Assembly: GCA_032718475.1 (NCBI GenBank)
Contig: JAUCBJ010008300.1
Span: forward strand, 1-64,000
Reading direction: 5' to 3'
DNA: 64,000 bases
Origin: Nemertoderma westbladi
Taxonomy: Eukaryota > Animalia > Xenacoelomorpha
Program-made: the position numbers and the translations under genes
Shown here: positions 62,545 through 64,000 of the stretch, piece by piece
Position numbering within the stretch: the stretch's first letter is position 1
How the letters are laid out: every line of letters starts with the position of its first letter
The notes under the pieces: generated by a model
Seen by the model: only the letters and a program-made list of their open reading frames with translations
What the model was told of the DNA's origin: nothing
The model's database searches: none

Positions 62545-64000
62545 GGTTAGAAGTCATGAATATGAAAATCGACGTCGTTTTTTGTAAAAAATCAGAGGAG
62601 ATTTTAATAAATTATTGCTGAAAAACACCAAGGATTTTGACAAGGATTTAATACTCATTATATTCATGAACTAGCTGAGATATTTGAGGTGAATTATTGT
62701 ATCACATATTAACTTTGGCTCCAGCCGCTTTGGCAATACGATGAAACTATAATAAATATTCTAGAACACATCAATATTAACAGGGAGATAGGCTACTTAT
62801 ATCTTCACTCTGAGAGCCTCAAAAAGGGGGTGTTCCGACGCAATCAAAATTCATCCATCTCCAGGGGAAAGACGAAGCAAAGAACGGCTGATTACTTCTA
62901 TAAATGTAAGGGTTACCTGCTCTTTTGACTTTCATTTAAGATTGTATATCTCTTGGATTGGGTTAGAAGTCATGAATATGAAAATCGATGTCGTTTTTTG
63001 AAAAAAATCAGAGGAGATTTTAATAAATTATTGCTGAAATCACCAAGGATTTTGACATGGCTTTAATACTCATTATATTCATGAACTAGCTGAGATATTT
63101 GAGGTGAATTATTGCATTACATATTAACTTTGGCTCCAGCCGCTTTGGCAATACGATGAATCTATAATAAATATTCTAGAACACAACAATATTAACAGGA
63201 AGATAGGCTACTTATCTCTCCACTCAGACAGCCACAGGTAGGGAGGTGTGTTTTGACACAATCAAAATTTAACCATCTCCAGGGGAAAGACGAAGCAAAT
63301 AACAGCTGATTACTTCTATAAATGTAAGTGTTACCTGTTCTTATGACTTTTGTTTAAGATTCTCTATCTCGTGGAGTGCGTTAGAAGTTATAAATTTAAA
63401 AATCGATGTCGTTTTTTGTAAAAAATCTGAGAATATTTTGATAAATTATTGCTGAAAGCCCAAGGATTTTGACATGGCTTTAATACTTCATTATGTTCAT
63501 GAAAAAACTTAGATATTTGAGGTGAATTATTGCATTACATAATAACTTGAACTCCAGCCACATTAGCAATACGATGAAACTATAATAAATATTCTACAAC
63601 AGAACAATATTAACAGGGAAATAGGCTACTTATCTCTCCACTCTGAGAGCCTCAGAAAGGGGGTGTTCCGATGCAATCAAAATTCATCCATCACCAGGAG
63701 GGGAAAGGCGAAGCAAAGAATAGCTGATTACTTCTATAAATGTAAGTGTTACCTGTTCTTTTGACTTTCGTTTAAGATTGTCTATCTCTTGGAGTGGGTT
63801 AGAAGACATGAATATGAAAATCAATGTCGTTTTTTGTAAAAAATCAGAGGAGATTTTAATAAATTAATGCTGAAAAACACCAAGGATTTTGACATGGCTT
63901 TAATACTCATTATATTCATGAAATAGCTGAGAAATTTGAGGTGAATTATTGTATCACATATTAACTTCGGCTCCAGCCGCTTTGGCAATACGATGAAACT
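62545..64000 (-). repeat. ~416-bp satellite in inverted orientation
   Basis: Reverse complement of the monomer (GGTTAGAAGTCATGAATATGAAAATCG..., GGGGGTGTTCCGACGCAATC); runs off the end of the window. Confidence 0.95.

Overview
Animal-like (probably invertebrate) heterochromatic DNA with no recognisable host gene. Most of the window is a ~416-bp satellite array of roughly 85 monomers (5.4-64 kb) with higher-order duplications. Its orientation flips at ~62.5 kb. Five kinds of insertion sit in the array. Two are non-autonomous BEL/Pao LTR elements whose LTR pairs look identical and which have 5-bp TSDs: 6165-12806 (minus strand, decayed gag) and 32305-43066 (plus strand, intact 1016-aa Gag-protease lacking RT, the RNase H core and the integrase core). 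The others are three array-amplified copies of a ~520-bp HINE/MITE-like element with CTCF-like motifs, a piggyBac-type non-autonomous element (TTAA TSD), and a truncated LTR element at the inversion junction. A 5'-truncated RTE-clade LINE lies at 1.5-3.4 kb. The most striking observation is that neither BEL/Pao element has a TGG tRNA primer-binding site. In both, the bases immediately after the 5' LTR are complementary to a segment of the element's own predicted R region, which suggests tRNA-independent self-priming. All comparisons were made by eye.
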